Numbered from the stretch's first letter, positions 11,317-21,049 are shown. The stretch is 64,000 nucleotides of DNA from Candidatus Woesearchaeota archaeon (GCA_018696595.1 JABHQW010000005.1:25721-89720); one strand, 5' to 3'. Translations and numbers: made by a program. The notes: a model not told the origin generated them from the letters alone.

Positions 11317-13347
11317 ATGGTCGAACAAGATACTGATATAAAATTAAACGAAGTATTTGCAGGAAAAGTAGTGAGGAAAGATTTAACTAAAACTTTAGGT
11401 AAAAGTGAAAATGTTCCAATATATGTAATAGAGTATCTTTTAGGGCAATATTGTGCAACTGATGACGATAATATCATAAAAGAAGGATTACAAAAAGTTA
11501 AAAATATTTTAGCAGATAACTTTGTTCGACCAGATGAAGCTGAAAAAGTAAAATCAAATATCAGGGAAAAAGGATACTATACTGTCATTGATAAAGTCAC
11601 AGTTAAATTAAATGAAAGACGAGATGTTTATGAAGCAGAATTTTCAAATTTGGGATTAAAGGGTGTTGAAGTAGAACCAAATGATGTTAAAAGATTTGAA
11701 AAACTTCTTTGCGGAGGTATTTGGTGCATTCTTAAAATAAGCTATTCAACTGAAGAATCTAAAAATCCATTTATTATTGAAAGTTTAAAACCAATTCAAA
11801 TTGCTAGTATGAAAATTCAGGAGTTTATAGATGCGAGGGAAAAATTCCAGACTGAAGAGTGGATTGATGTTATTTTAAGATCTATAGGGATGGAACCAAC
11901 TCAATTAGAAGAGAAAACTAAATGGCATATCCTGGAAAGACTTGTACCTTTAATAGAGAATAATTATAATTTAGTAGAACTTGGCCCAAGAAGTACAGGA
12001 AAATCTCATGTTTACAAAGAAATTTCTGCCAATTCTATTTTAATGTCTGGTGGTCAAACTACAGTTGCAAATCTATTCTATAATATGTCCACTAGAAAAA
12101 TAGGTCTTGTGGGTTATTGGGATGTAGTTGCATTTGATGAAGTTGCAGGAATGAACTTTAAAGATAAAGATGGAATTCAAATCATGAAAGATTATATGGC
12201 ATCAGGATCATTTGCAAGAGGAAAAGAGGAAAAGAATGCTAATGCTTCAATAGTATTTGTAGGTAATATTAATCAAAGCGTTTCATCATTGTTAAAAACT
12301 GCACATCTATTTCAACCATTTCCAGAATCTATGAATAATGATAGTGCTTTCTTTGATAGGATTCATTACTATTTACCTGGATGGGAAGTTCCAAAATTTA
12401 AACCAGAACATTTCACAGATAGATATGGATTTATTGTTGATTATTTTGCAGAATTTCTAAGGGAAATGAGAAAAAGAAATTTTAGTGATCAAATTAGTAG
12501 CTATTTCAAACTTGGTAATAACCTAAATCAAAGAGATGTAATTGCAGTTACAAAAACATTCTCTGGATTAATGAAATTATTGTATCCTAATCAAAAAGCA
12601 ACTAAAGAAGAAATACAACAAGTTCTTGAATATTCACTTGAAGGGAGAAGAAGAGTGAAAGAACAACTAAAGAGAATGGGAGGGATGGAATTCTTTGATG
12701 TTAATTTTTCATATATAGATAATGAAACTTTAGAAGAACATTTTGTAAGTGTGCCTGAATCAGGAGGAAACAAATTAATTCCTGAAGGAGTTATGAATCC
12801 AGGACATATATTCACAGTAGGATATGCTAATGGTACAAAAATAGGTGTCTATAAACTTGAATTACAAGTAGTTAATGGAACAGGAAAATTTGAAAAATCT
12901 GGTTTAAACTCTAATGCCAAAGCAAAAGAAGCCGCAAATACTGCAATAAATTATTTTAAAGCAAATGCTAAAAACATTAGCCAAATGATCAAGTATAAAG
13001 AAAAAGATTATTTCTTACACATACAAGATCAGTATGGTGTTGGTCTAACTTCAGACATTGCTCTTGCATACTTCATTAGTTTATGCTCTGGATCATTAAA
13101 TAAGCCAGTAGATGAACAATTAGTGGTGTTAGGTACTATGACTATAGGTGGATCTATTAATTCAATAGAGAACCTAGCAGATCAATTACAAATATGTTTG
13201 GAAGCAGGAGCAAAGAAAATATTATTGCCTATGTCTTCTGCAGGAAAAATGTCTTCAGTACCTCCGGAATTATTTAGTAAATTTCAAATTGCATTTTATT
13301 CAGACCCAATAGATGCAGTTTACAAAGCATTGGGGTTTAATCATTAG
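11317..13347 (+). CDS. brxL: BREX Lon-like AAA+ protein BrxL
   Basis: VPIYVIEYLLGQYC, Walker A ELGPRSTGKSH, VAFDEV, C-terminal Lon-like domain (GTMTIGGS, GAKKILLP). Confidence 0.95.
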   Translation: MVEQDTDIKLNEVFAGKVVRKDLTKTLGKSENVPIYVIEYLLGQYCATDDDNIIKEGLQKVKNILADNFVRPDEAEKVKSNIREKGYYTVIDKVTVKLNERRDVYEAEFSNLGLKGVEVEPNDVKRFEKLLCGGIWCILKISYSTEESKNPFIIESLKPIQIASMKIQEFIDAREKFQTEEWIDVILRSIGMEPTQLEEKTKWHILERLVPLIENNYNLVELGPRSTGKSHVYKEISANSILMSGGQTTVANLFYNMSTRKIGLVGYWDVVAFDEVAGMNFKDKDGIQIMKDYMASGSFARGKEEKNANASIVFVGNINQSVSSLLKTAHLFQPFPESMNNDSAFFDRIHYYLPGWEVPKFKPEHFTDRYGFIVDYFAEFLREMRKRNFSDQISSYFKLGNNLNQRDVIAVTKTFSGLMKLLYPNQKATKEEIQQVLEYSLEGRRRVKEQLKRMGGMEFFDVNFSYIDNETLEEHFVSVPESGGNKLIPEGVMNPGHIFTVGYANGTKIGVYKLELQVVNGTGKFEKSGLNSNAKAKEAANTAINYFKANAKNISQMIKYKEKDYFLHIQDQYGVGLTSDIALAYFISLCSGSLNKPVDEQLVVLGTMTIGGSINSIENLADQLQICLEAGAKKILLPMSSAGKMSSVPPELFSKFQIAFYSDPIDAVYKALGFNH

Positions 13348-13355
13348 ATGTTAAA

Positions 13356-16300
13356 ATGACAAACGAAATAAAAACTCAAGTGGATAAAGCATGTGTGATA
13401 CTTGCAGGTGCAGGAACTGGTAAATCTTACACTATTAAACAAAAAGCCAAATATCTCGTTGAAGAATTAAAGTATAATCCTGAAGAAATCCTTTGTCTTA
13501 CTTTTTCAAATGAAGCAACTAATTCACTAAAGAAAGGAATGCAAGAAGAGATTAATTCAACAGAAGATGTTGATGTTAAAACATTTCATGCATTTTGTGC
13601 AGATATATTAAGAGAAGAAGGTCATTTAGTTGGCGTTCAAGAAGGTTTTGAGATATTGCTTCCTGATGATGCTAAGATTTTTATGCATAAATATTTAGAA
13701 ATTAAACCTTATTGGTCAAACAGATACATAAACACAATATCTACTGCAAAAGATTTTGGTATTAGTATAGATGATATTAAAGGACATTTGAATAAATTAA
13801 AAGAGAACTTGTCTGGAGATAATCTTGAAGAACAAACAACTGAAATGAAAGTTGAATTAAAAACTCTTTATCTTGAAGAAAACACTAAAGAACTTAGGGA
13901 GCGAAAAAAAGAAATACAACAATTCTTGAAGGGATTTGATAATTATTCTAGATTAAAAGAATTTATCAAAGCATGGGATGATTTTGACAATTTAAAAAAA
14001 GAAAAAAATTATCTTGATTTTTCAGATCTTAATTTTTTTACATTAAAATTATTTAGAGAATTTGGTGCAAAAAAAGATAAATACAAATATGTATTTATAG
14101 ACGAATTTCAAGATACAAATAAATTACAATTTGAGTTAATAGAATTCATTGCAGGACAAAATATCACAGTAGTTGGAGATCCAAATCAATCAATTTATGG
14201 GTTTAGAGGATCGTATAAAGAAAGTTTTGAACATTTTAAGAAAGTTTTCAAAGTAGAAGAAGTTCATAAACTTGATAAAAGTTGGAGATCACCAAATCAA
14301 ATTCTTAATGCATCTCATGAATTAATAAAAAATAATTATGAAAATCCTGAAGATTGTATTAACATTCAAAATGCTAATGGGGATGAAGGCGATAAAGTTA
14401 ATGTAATTGAACTTGTAAATAAATATGAAGAAGCTAGATATATTGCTGATTTAGTGCAGAAAAAGATAGATGAAGGAATTTCTAAAGATGAAATTTGTAT
14501 TCTTCATAGAACTCATAAACAAGCTGAAGAAATAAAAAAAGCATTAGAACTTAAGAACATACAATTTATTTCAGCAGGAAAAATAGATCTACTTCAAAAA
14601 AGAGAGATAAGGACAGTAATAGGATATTTAAGCATATTATCAAATTTAATTAATAGATCTGGTACTGGGGAACAGTCATGGTGGGATTTATTTCATTTTC
14701 AAAATACATTAAGTCCAGAAGACTCAGTTAAAATTGGAAGATATCTTAAAAAACATAACAAACATGAAATGCCTATAGAAGATCAAATAGGGATCGATGA
14801 ATTATTATTAAATTCTATCTCAGAGTTGAACCTATCGAATGAAGCAAAAGTAATTATAAAAAGAGTAGTTGATCTGTTAAGAGAAATACTTAAATCTTCA
14901 AACAAGCCATTACCAGAGATAATCCTTGATATATTTGAAATTTCTGGATTGAATAGGGCTTTTAGTCATCAAAGAAATATTCAGAACATTGAAAGTTTAA
15001 TGAATTTAAAAAAATTCTATGAAATTGCGAAGAATTATTATAATTTACATGAAAAAAATCTAACTGAATTTATTAAGTATCTAGAAATGGTTGACACTTT
15101 AGGAGTTAGTATAGATGCATCAAAAATATTACACATTGATGCTGTTAGATTAATGACGATTCATGCGTCAAAAGGATTGGAATTTGATGTAATTATAACT
15201 TGTAATCTTGCAAAAGATAGATTCCCTGTTGGTAGGACAAGGAATGAACCATTAATTCCTAAAGAATTGTTACCAGATTTCAAGGCACAAATAGATGATT
15301 GGAAAGAAGAAGGTCTTAATGAAAAGGAAATTGAAAAGAAAATAAAAGATTATGATAAGTCTATTCAATTATTTGAAGAAAGAAGACTTTGTTATGTAGC
15401 TTGGACTAGGGCTAAGAAGGAATTACATTTAACTTATGCAAGAAGTTATAATGATGAACCAGATTCAACGACAAAATCAATTTTTTTAGACGAAATAAAA
15501 TATACTGAAACTTGTGAATTTGTAAAAGATGATGAAGAAAAATCATTATTGATTGCACCAAATTCTAATTATGAAATTTACAAATCTATGTTAAAAAATC
15601 AATTAATGAACTCTTTAGATACTGAAGGCGTAGATGATTTGAAGAAAAGATTAATCACTTATTTGGTTTGTAGGGATAAAAAATTAATTGAGGATGATTC
15701 ATCAGATAAAGCTGAATTACAAAGGCATTTAGATAAATGTAATGAAGATGTATCTGGAATTAAATTTAATTCTTCAGATTTTACATTTAGTCCAACAGCA
15801 TTAATTGAATATTCGGAATGTCCAAAAAAGTTTGAACTTAGCAAGATATATCAAATGCCTCAAAGAGGAGATTTTGAATCAGACGGTGGAGGGGCATCAC
15901 TTGGATCTTTTATTCATAAAGTCTTAGAATTAGGAGTAGATCAAAAAACAGACAAATTGGAAGGATATATTGAATTAGCAAAGAAATTAGTTAAAGATAA
16001 TGAATGGGAATCAATAAATATTAATGATGCAATTCCTTTAATTGAAATATTCTGGGAGAGAAATAAAAATAAAATAAATGAAAACTCCAAAACTGAATTA
16101 AAACTGCCTGTAGAAATCGAAGGTTTTAGATTTTTTGGCCTTGCAGATAGAGTAGATACATTGGATGATGGAACAGTTGAAATTGTGGATTATAAAACAA
16201 ATAAAGATGCGATACCTCCTAAAAAAAGGGCATTGCAATTAGGTTTTTACGCATTAGCTCTTCAATCAAAAGGATTCAAAGTTTCAAAATTAACATTAGA

Positions 16301-16532
16301 TATGTTAAAACTTGATAAACCAATTGAAATGAAAATTGAAGGTGATGAAGTTATTGCAGTATTGGGTTGTAATAAATCAGCCAATTTCAAATTATCAGAA
16401 TTAAAAGCAGAAATAGTTGAATTAACAAAAAGTATAAAGAACGATTATGAACATTCGTTTGATTGTACTGATGATGAAAATTCATGTAGATTTTGTGGGT
16501 ATAAATTTTATTGCCCTAAGTGGGATGAATAA
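13356..16532 (+). CDS. UvrD/PcrA-type SF1A helicase fused to a C-terminal PD-(D/E)XK nuclease with four-Cys Fe-S staple (AddA/AdnB-like architecture)
   Basis: AGAGTGKS, IDEFQDTN, VGDPNQSIYGFRG, MTIHASKGLEF, EERRLCYVAWTRA. Nuclease motifs GLADRVD, IVDYKT, QLGFYA. Cysteines in ECPKK and CRFCGYKFYCP. Confidence 0.9.
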   Translation: MTNEIKTQVDKACVILAGAGTGKSYTIKQKAKYLVEELKYNPEEILCLTFSNEATNSLKKGMQEEINSTEDVDVKTFHAFCADILREEGHLVGVQEGFEILLPDDAKIFMHKYLEIKPYWSNRYINTISTAKDFGISIDDIKGHLNKLKENLSGDNLEEQTTEMKVELKTLYLEENTKELRERKKEIQQFLKGFDNYSRLKEFIKAWDDFDNLKKEKNYLDFSDLNFFTLKLFREFGAKKDKYKYVFIDEFQDTNKLQFELIEFIAGQNITVVGDPNQSIYGFRGSYKESFEHFKKVFKVEEVHKLDKSWRSPNQILNASHELIKNNYENPEDCINIQNANGDEGDKVNVIELVNKYEEARYIADLVQKKIDEGISKDEICILHRTHKQAEEIKKALELKNIQFISAGKIDLLQKREIRTVIGYLSILSNLINRSGTGEQSWWDLFHFQNTLSPEDSVKIGRYLKKHNKHEMPIEDQIGIDELLLNSISELNLSNEAKVIIKRVVDLLREILKSSNKPLPEIILDIFEISGLNRAFSHQRNIQNIESLMNLKKFYEIAKNYYNLHEKNLTEFIKYLEMVDTLGVSIDASKILHIDAVRLMTIHASKGLEFDVIITCNLAKDRFPVGRTRNEPLIPKELLPDFKAQIDDWKEEGLNEKEIEKKIKDYDKSIQLFEERRLCYVAWTRAKKELHLTYARSYNDEPDSTTKSIFLDEIKYTETCEFVKDDEEKSLLIAPNSNYEIYKSMLKNQLMNSLDTEGVDDLKKRLITYLVCRDKKLIEDDSSDKAELQRHLDKCNEDVSGIKFNSSDFTFSPTALIEYSECPKKFELSKIYQMPQRGDFESDGGGASLGSFIHKVLELGVDQKTDKLEGYIELAKKLVKDNEWESININDAIPLIEIFWERNKNKINENSKTELKLPVEIEGFRFFGLADRVDTLDDGTVEIVDYKTNKDAIPPKKRALQLGFYALALQSKGFKVSKLTLDMLKLDKPIEMKIEGDEVIAVLGCNKSANFKLSELKAEIVELTKSIKNDYEHSFDCTDDENSCRFCGYKFYCPKWDE

Positions 16533-16560
16533 AATTATTAATAATTAAGAGGTGTTTATT

Positions 16561-16794
16561 ATGGATAAAAAAGAGGAAATTCGTAAAAAAACTTTAGAAG
16601 AATTGGAATCTATGAAGGATAATGTAGATAATGCAATTAAGAATATTAAAAATTTCGAAGGAGTTGATTTTGGATATGAAGTTATGCAAAATGGTGCGTT
16701 TATAACAAATATAAAAAATATTATGGATCTATTAAAAGATGATAGATCATTTAATGGTGATTTTTGGGTAATAAAGAATGAAAAAATAGATTGA
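16561..16794 (+). CDS. Small hypothetical protein (77 aa)
   Basis: GAGGTG Shine-Dalgarno 6 nt before ATG 16561; co-directional with the operon. Confidence 0.65.
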   Translation: MDKKEEIRKKTLEELESMKDNVDNAIKNIKNFEGVDFGYEVMQNGAFITNIKNIMDLLKDDRSFNGDFWVIKNEKID

Positions 16795-16800
16795 ACAAGT

Positions 16801-17574
16801 TTAGTTATACAAAACAATAATCTCAAATTCTTCTTTATCATGATTAATCGCTTGCCAAAGAATATTACATTCTGAATTTAATTTCTCAGTACAGATCTCT
16901 GCAATTTTATTTATTTCATCCAGAGAAGTATTTTGTGGAACTTTCATAGCAATAAGGTAGTTTGATATGCCTTCATCCTTTTTTATCAGTTCGTTTAGTT
17001 CAGAGGGTTGTTTGAACGAAAAATACGACATCTCACAAGCTTTGTCTAAGACTGATTTATGAACATCAATGAAATCAAGTCCACAAAGTCCTATTCCAAA
17101 CATTACTTTTTTCCATTCTCTAAAATTAGGATTTTTTGATAATTCTTCATTATTTTGAATTTTCAAATTAGGTAAATAATATCTATTAACAATGTCTCCT
17201 CTTTGAATGATTGTTTGAGCAATTGCGTTAAATTGGTTCTCGTATGATTCAGTTATTTGTGGTATTGGTAATTGATAAGGTTCTTCATTTTTCGCACCAA
17301 ACCAACATCCTTCAATTGTTGAAACAAATTTATCATCTTGCTTCGCAATCTTTAACAAAATTAATCCATCAGAAAAAGTTATGCTATCATCTTCCCAAGA
17401 TTCAACATCAAGTTCGTGAGGTATTTCAAATTCTTTATCATTTTGTATATCATTAAGAATCTTAAATACAACTTCTTTGTTTTCTGGTTTTTCTTCTAAT
17501 AGTATATGGGCAGTATTAACTACTTCTTCTTTCAAATCTTGATATTTCATTAGTGGATCTGTATATTCTGTCAT
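16801..17574 (-). CDS. Hypothetical protein with C-terminal FtsZ/tubulin C-terminal-like domain and no GTPase domain
   Basis: GLDFIDVHKSVL resembles FtsZ NLDFADVRTVM. TSLDEINKIAEIC..NILWQAIN..FEIIVLY resembles the FtsZ C-domain. No GGGTG(S/T)G tubulin signature. Confidence 0.6.
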   Translation of the reverse strand: MTEYTDPLMKYQDLKEEVVNTAHILLEEKPENKEVVFKILNDIQNDKEFEIPHELDVESWEDDSITFSDGLILLKIAKQDDKFVSTIEGCWFGAKNEEPYQLPIPQITESYENQFNAIAQTIIQRGDIVNRYYLPNLKIQNNEELSKNPNFREWKKVMFGIGLCGLDFIDVHKSVLDKACEMSYFSFKQPSELNELIKKDEGISNYLIAMKVPQNTSLDEINKIAEICTEKLNSECNILWQAINHDKEEFEIIVLYN

Positions 17575-17704
17575 TTTTTATGCCTCAAAACTGTCAAAAA
17601 CTGTTCCCTTTTCTATGTTTGATATATGGTTTTACCAAAGCAAAAGGGAAAACTAATCATAACTATATGAAAAGTTTAACTACTAATAAAAGCTTTTGTT
17701 TTTT

Positions 17705-18049
17705 TCAGACTTTTATCACGATGGGGCTTTTTGGAATTTCATCCAGATTGATTATTTGCCAACCTCTACGCTTCCAATGTATGACTAATCTTGATTTTAC
17801 TGGAGGATTTGCTTTAGCTGTATCAATTAATTTCTGAAGTTGCTCTTTCATCTTTGTATCAACAGTCAGTTTTTCTTGTGAAGTGCTTTTCACTTCATCC
17901 AGATAGACTTGACCATCTTCAACAGAGATTACATCACAAACACCGAACTGTCCACAGCCACTTCCAGCAATCCTTTGTGCAAAACCAGAGCAATTCACAA
18001 TCTTAACATATTTTCTTTCAGAGTCCTTGATATGTTTTTGTGAAATCAT
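17705..18049 (-). CDS. Hjc-like (archaeal Holliday junction resolvase family) PD-(D/E)XK nuclease
   Basis: SERKYVKI..GFAQRIAGSG..CDVISVEDGQVYLDEVKST follows the Hjc pattern E-R..R.AGSG..D..EVKST. ATGA overlap with the integrase. Confidence 0.7.
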   Translation of the reverse strand: MISQKHIKDSERKYVKIVNCSGFAQRIAGSGCGQFGVCDVISVEDGQVYLDEVKSTSQEKLTVDTKMKEQLQKLIDTAKANPPVKSRLVIHWKRRGWQIINLDEIPKSPIVIKV

Positions 18050-19341
18050 TTTTGCACCTCTACAGATTCTTGAGCTTCTTGAATCAATTTTGTGTTTTCA
18101 CTAATGTCTCGATTCATTATTTTCATCAATTGCTCTTTTATTGCTGGATTTTGCAACAATTCCATAAGTGCTGGTTCGTATCTTTCAAAGCCACTAACTT
18201 TTTTCTTGTAGTTGCCTACTTTGTCTGTAAGCATTTTGTTTTCAATTATTAGTTGATCGTTGATTAATCTTTCATCCATTGATTCAGATTGAAGTATTGC
18301 TCTTTCCGAAGAAAATATTTCGTTCATAACTTCAGAATTTTTTACTCCAGCTCTTTTGTAGTAGATGTCTGGTACTCGACTTGCAAGATTCCAACCAAAT
18401 CTGTAGCAAAAGTTTTGGTATGTCTTGATTCTTGTTGCGTAATAGGTGGCACTTGATGCCCTGATTCTGTGTGGAGTTACACTTTTACCTAAAACTTTCA
18501 TTCCTTTTTGATAAAGTTTGGTTCGTATTGCATCATAGCTGTAATTAAACAAGTATGCTTCTTTGTTGTTTGGGTCTGTATGATGTTTTTCAATATACTT
18601 TAACAAGTAAATGCTTGACAAGTATAATCCTATGGTTCTTCCATTGCCACTTTTTGCAATTGAGTTTGTTATGTTTATTGAAACATATCTTGCTTGTGCA
18701 TTTGGATAAACTATATCTTTAATTTTTAGGTTAAGAATCTCGTTTATCCTTGCTCCAGAATCAAACATTAACATTACTAAAGTTTTCATCTTGAATTTGG
18801 TGAATGAATCTTTCATCAATTGGAGTTCATCTATTGAGTAGATTTGTCCTTCTGGTCTTGGTTCGTAAGTATCCATCCATACTACTTCTTTTGGATAAAA
18901 TTCATTTTTGCCTTTTAGCCATTTCCAAAATTTTCTTATGACTTTCTTGATGGTTGCTTTAGTTGTTTCTGCATATTCTTTTCCAGTTAATGGTGATACA
19001 AGGATTCCATCTTCCAACTTTTCAACAAAATCTCTCATATCTTGTTCGTTTATTTCTCTGAACTCTTTTCCTTGCATCCATCCATCAAAATTTCTTAAAA
19101 TGCCCATTACTCTTAATGCTCGGCTTTTACCTATTGACCTTTTTTCTTGCTTTTTAGAGGGGTCACCAGTTCGCATATCTCTTAAATAATGCAAAATGTC
19201 ACTTTTGTTCACACTTTTACTATCTTCAAAGAATTTAGTTTTGGCTTTATCGTACACAGATTCGTGGTCTTGTATCCATCTTCGCCCATTTTTGCCTATT
19301 CTATCTACTACTGTTTCTACAATTTGTACTTTAGTTTCCAT
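18046..19341 (-). CDS. Tyrosine recombinase/integrase with C-terminal coiled coil
   Basis: Catalytic set DSGARINE (R), PHRIR (H-x-x-R), FGW and DIYY (Y). AAGGAGG Shine-Dalgarno. Confidence 0.92.
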   Translation of the reverse strand: METKVQIVETVVDRIGKNGRRWIQDHESVYDKAKTKFFEDSKSVNKSDILHYLRDMRTGDPSKKQEKRSIGKSRALRVMGILRNFDGWMQGKEFREINEQDMRDFVEKLEDGILVSPLTGKEYAETTKATIKKVIRKFWKWLKGKNEFYPKEVVWMDTYEPRPEGQIYSIDELQLMKDSFTKFKMKTLVMLMFDSGARINEILNLKIKDIVYPNAQARYVSINITNSIAKSGNGRTIGLYLSSIYLLKYIEKHHTDPNNKEAYLFNYSYDAIRTKLYQKGMKVLGKSVTPHRIRASSATYYATRIKTYQNFCYRFGWNLASRVPDIYYKRAGVKNSEVMNEIFSSERAILQSESMDERLINDQLIIENKMLTDKVGNYKKKVSGFERYEPALMELLQNPAIKEQLMKIMNRDISENTKLIQEAQESVEVQK

Positions 19342-19489
19342 TTTTTTATTCCTCCTTATCGGAGAAATCCAGAATTAGAATCCTCAACTTTTTGCCACTT
19401 TGTGGACAAGTTTCGTGTCTATGGATTTCAATGATTTGGTATTATCAGTCGCCCTTTGCGTGAACTTGCTTTCAGACGAGAGATAATAA

Positions 19490-19623
19490 TAGCCCCACGC
19501 GGACTTTCAAATCTTCAGGAAGATTTGTAGTCTCCCTAAAGGATATTTGAACCGCGGTCAATGCCTCTCTTTCCCAATAAAGGGTCCAAAGGGCACTATG
19601 ATAGTCCACTACACCATGGGGCT
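19490..19623 (-). tRNA. tRNA-Gln(UUG) with two introns: 19 nt at 37/38 (19567-19585) and 42 nt at 59/60 (19504-19545)
   Basis: Removing both inserts gives a 73-nt cloverleaf (AGCCCCA/UGGGGCU acceptor, GUGCC/GGCAU anticodon stem, CGCGG/CCGCG T stem). The first intron forms a perfect BHB (CUUU/AAAG helix, CCC/GGG outer helix). Confidence 0.9.
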
Positions 19624-19674
19624 GTAAGACTATCTTTGTCTAAGTTCTTTATAAAATTTTTGGATAATCTTTCC

Positions 19675-20052
19675 TCAATTCCCCTTAAACTTTAAGGATA
19701 AGGAATTAATACAAAAACGTTTACCCGTAGGTTTTGGGCCATCACGAAACACATGACCTAAGTGTCCACCACATTTCTTGCAAACAACCTCTTTTCTTGG
19801 AATTAATAGTTTAAAATCAGTTTTAAATTCAACAGCATCTTTCTTAGCATCATAAAAACTGGGCCAGCCACAATTAGAATCATATTTAGTGTTAGAACCA
19901 AATAATTCATTACCACAAGCAGCACAAACATATTTTCCTTTTTTATTATGCTTAACATACTTGCCAGAAAAAGGCGCTTCTGTTCCTTTCTTTCGAAGAA
20001 TATGATATTGCTCTTTAGTAAGTTTATTTTTCCATTCTTGTTCAGAAGTCAT
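19675..20052 (-). CDS. msrB: Peptide methionine (R)-sulfoxide reductase
   Basis: [45 protein letters not shown]. Start reassigned to MTSEQEW. Confidence 0.95.
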   Translation of the reverse strand: MTSEQEWKNKLTKEQYHILRKKGTEAPFSGKYVKHNKKGKYVCAACGNELFGSNTKYDSNCGWPSFYDAKKDAVEFKTDFKLLIPRKEVVCKKCGGHLGHVFRDGPKPTGKRFCINSLSLKFKGN

Positions 20053-20126
20053 AAACACAAGTAATGCTTTTCTGCTTATATAATTTTCTTTAATATACAA
20101 TCTAAAAAAAGAAAAAAATGCAAAAA

Positions 20127-20549
20127 TTAAATCCCCAACGTTTGCATTAAAACGTATTGTTGTTTCTTGCTAATCTCTTGACCTGCAAGAACACTATCGT
20201 AAATATTCTTCTCCTCTGATGTCAAAGCATCCATAATGCCCGGACAATCAGATTCCAGTTCACCCATTCTAGCAACAACAATGCTTGGATCTAAAGTCTG
20301 CGTTAAATTCGAAACTATCCGTCCTATCCGCTCAATATCTCCACTATTTGCACTCTCATGCAAAATAGCACCAATATCATCAGCAGGAAGAACCTTTCTG
20401 AGATTCGAATCACTAGAGATGGTTCTTCCAATCGCTCCAAGATTATGCGCTCTTACCTCACTCTCAATCATTCCACGAAAGCCGTACTGGTGAGCCACCA
20501 AAACAGTACAAATCATTCCAATTCCAATCAACATTAACATTTCAATCAT
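20127..20549 (-). CDS. Hypothetical protein with N-terminal hydrophobic segment
   Basis: 140-aa ORF with a GGAGGT Shine-Dalgarno upstream; no family recognised. Confidence 0.6.
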   Translation of the reverse strand: MIEMLMLIGIGMICTVLVAHQYGFRGMIESEVRAHNLGAIGRTISSDSNLRKVLPADDIGAILHESANSGDIERIGRIVSNLTQTLDPSIVVARMGELESDCPGIMDALTSEEKNIYDSVLAGQEISKKQQYVLMQTLGI

Positions 20550-20840
20550 TTTATTTTACCTCCAAAGTATTTTTATTTTTTATTAATCTCAAAACCAACA
20601 ATTTAATTTGCCAAGAACTAATTTTCAGACCCCATCAATTCCAGAATTTATTTTCCAGAAACTGTAAGAATTTATATTAGTTCTAATTGTATTTAATAGA
20701 AATAGTGCCAACTAGTAATAAGAAAAGTTCCTTTACCAATACTCATCGTAGTTTTCATAACTATAAAGAATCAGTAAAGGTATAAGTTACTTCCCCCGAA
20801 TAAATGAGTCATAATAAGAATTAAATGATAAGAAAAGATA

Positions 20841-20972
20841 TGTGGGCGGCAGGAATTTCGAAAAAACCGCACTTGTTCCAATTCATTAAGCACAGCTTAA
20901 TACTCGAACCTGCGTAAGCACTAAGCTACTGGGTCCTAAGCCCAGCCCATTTGACCACTCTGGCACGCCCAC
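20841..20972 (-). tRNA. tRNA-Leu(UAG) with 48-nt intron at 59/60 (20855-20902)
   Basis: GUGGGCG/CGCCCAC acceptor, CUGGG/CCCAG anticodon stem, long variable arm, GCAGG/CCUGC T stem. The insert ends in CGAA-AU^U, pairing with T-loop UUCG as the 3' half of a BHB. Confidence 0.88.
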
Positions 20973-21049
20973 ATAATTATTCTTTAAAAGAGGTAAACAC
21001 TTTAAAAACATTTCTATTTAGAAAGCTTAATAGAAAAAAAGGAAGAGGT

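Larger units (their letters stand above)
1..19489. mobile_element. Probable integrative defence island (BREX + helicase-nuclease + integrase) inserted at the 3' end of tRNA-Gln; left boundary probably outside the window
   Basis: A tyrosine integrase lies immediately downstream of tRNA-Gln and the cargo is defence genes. The region looks more AT-rich than the rest (by eye, not computed). No second copy of the tRNA 3' end was found in the window. Confidence 0.6.
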
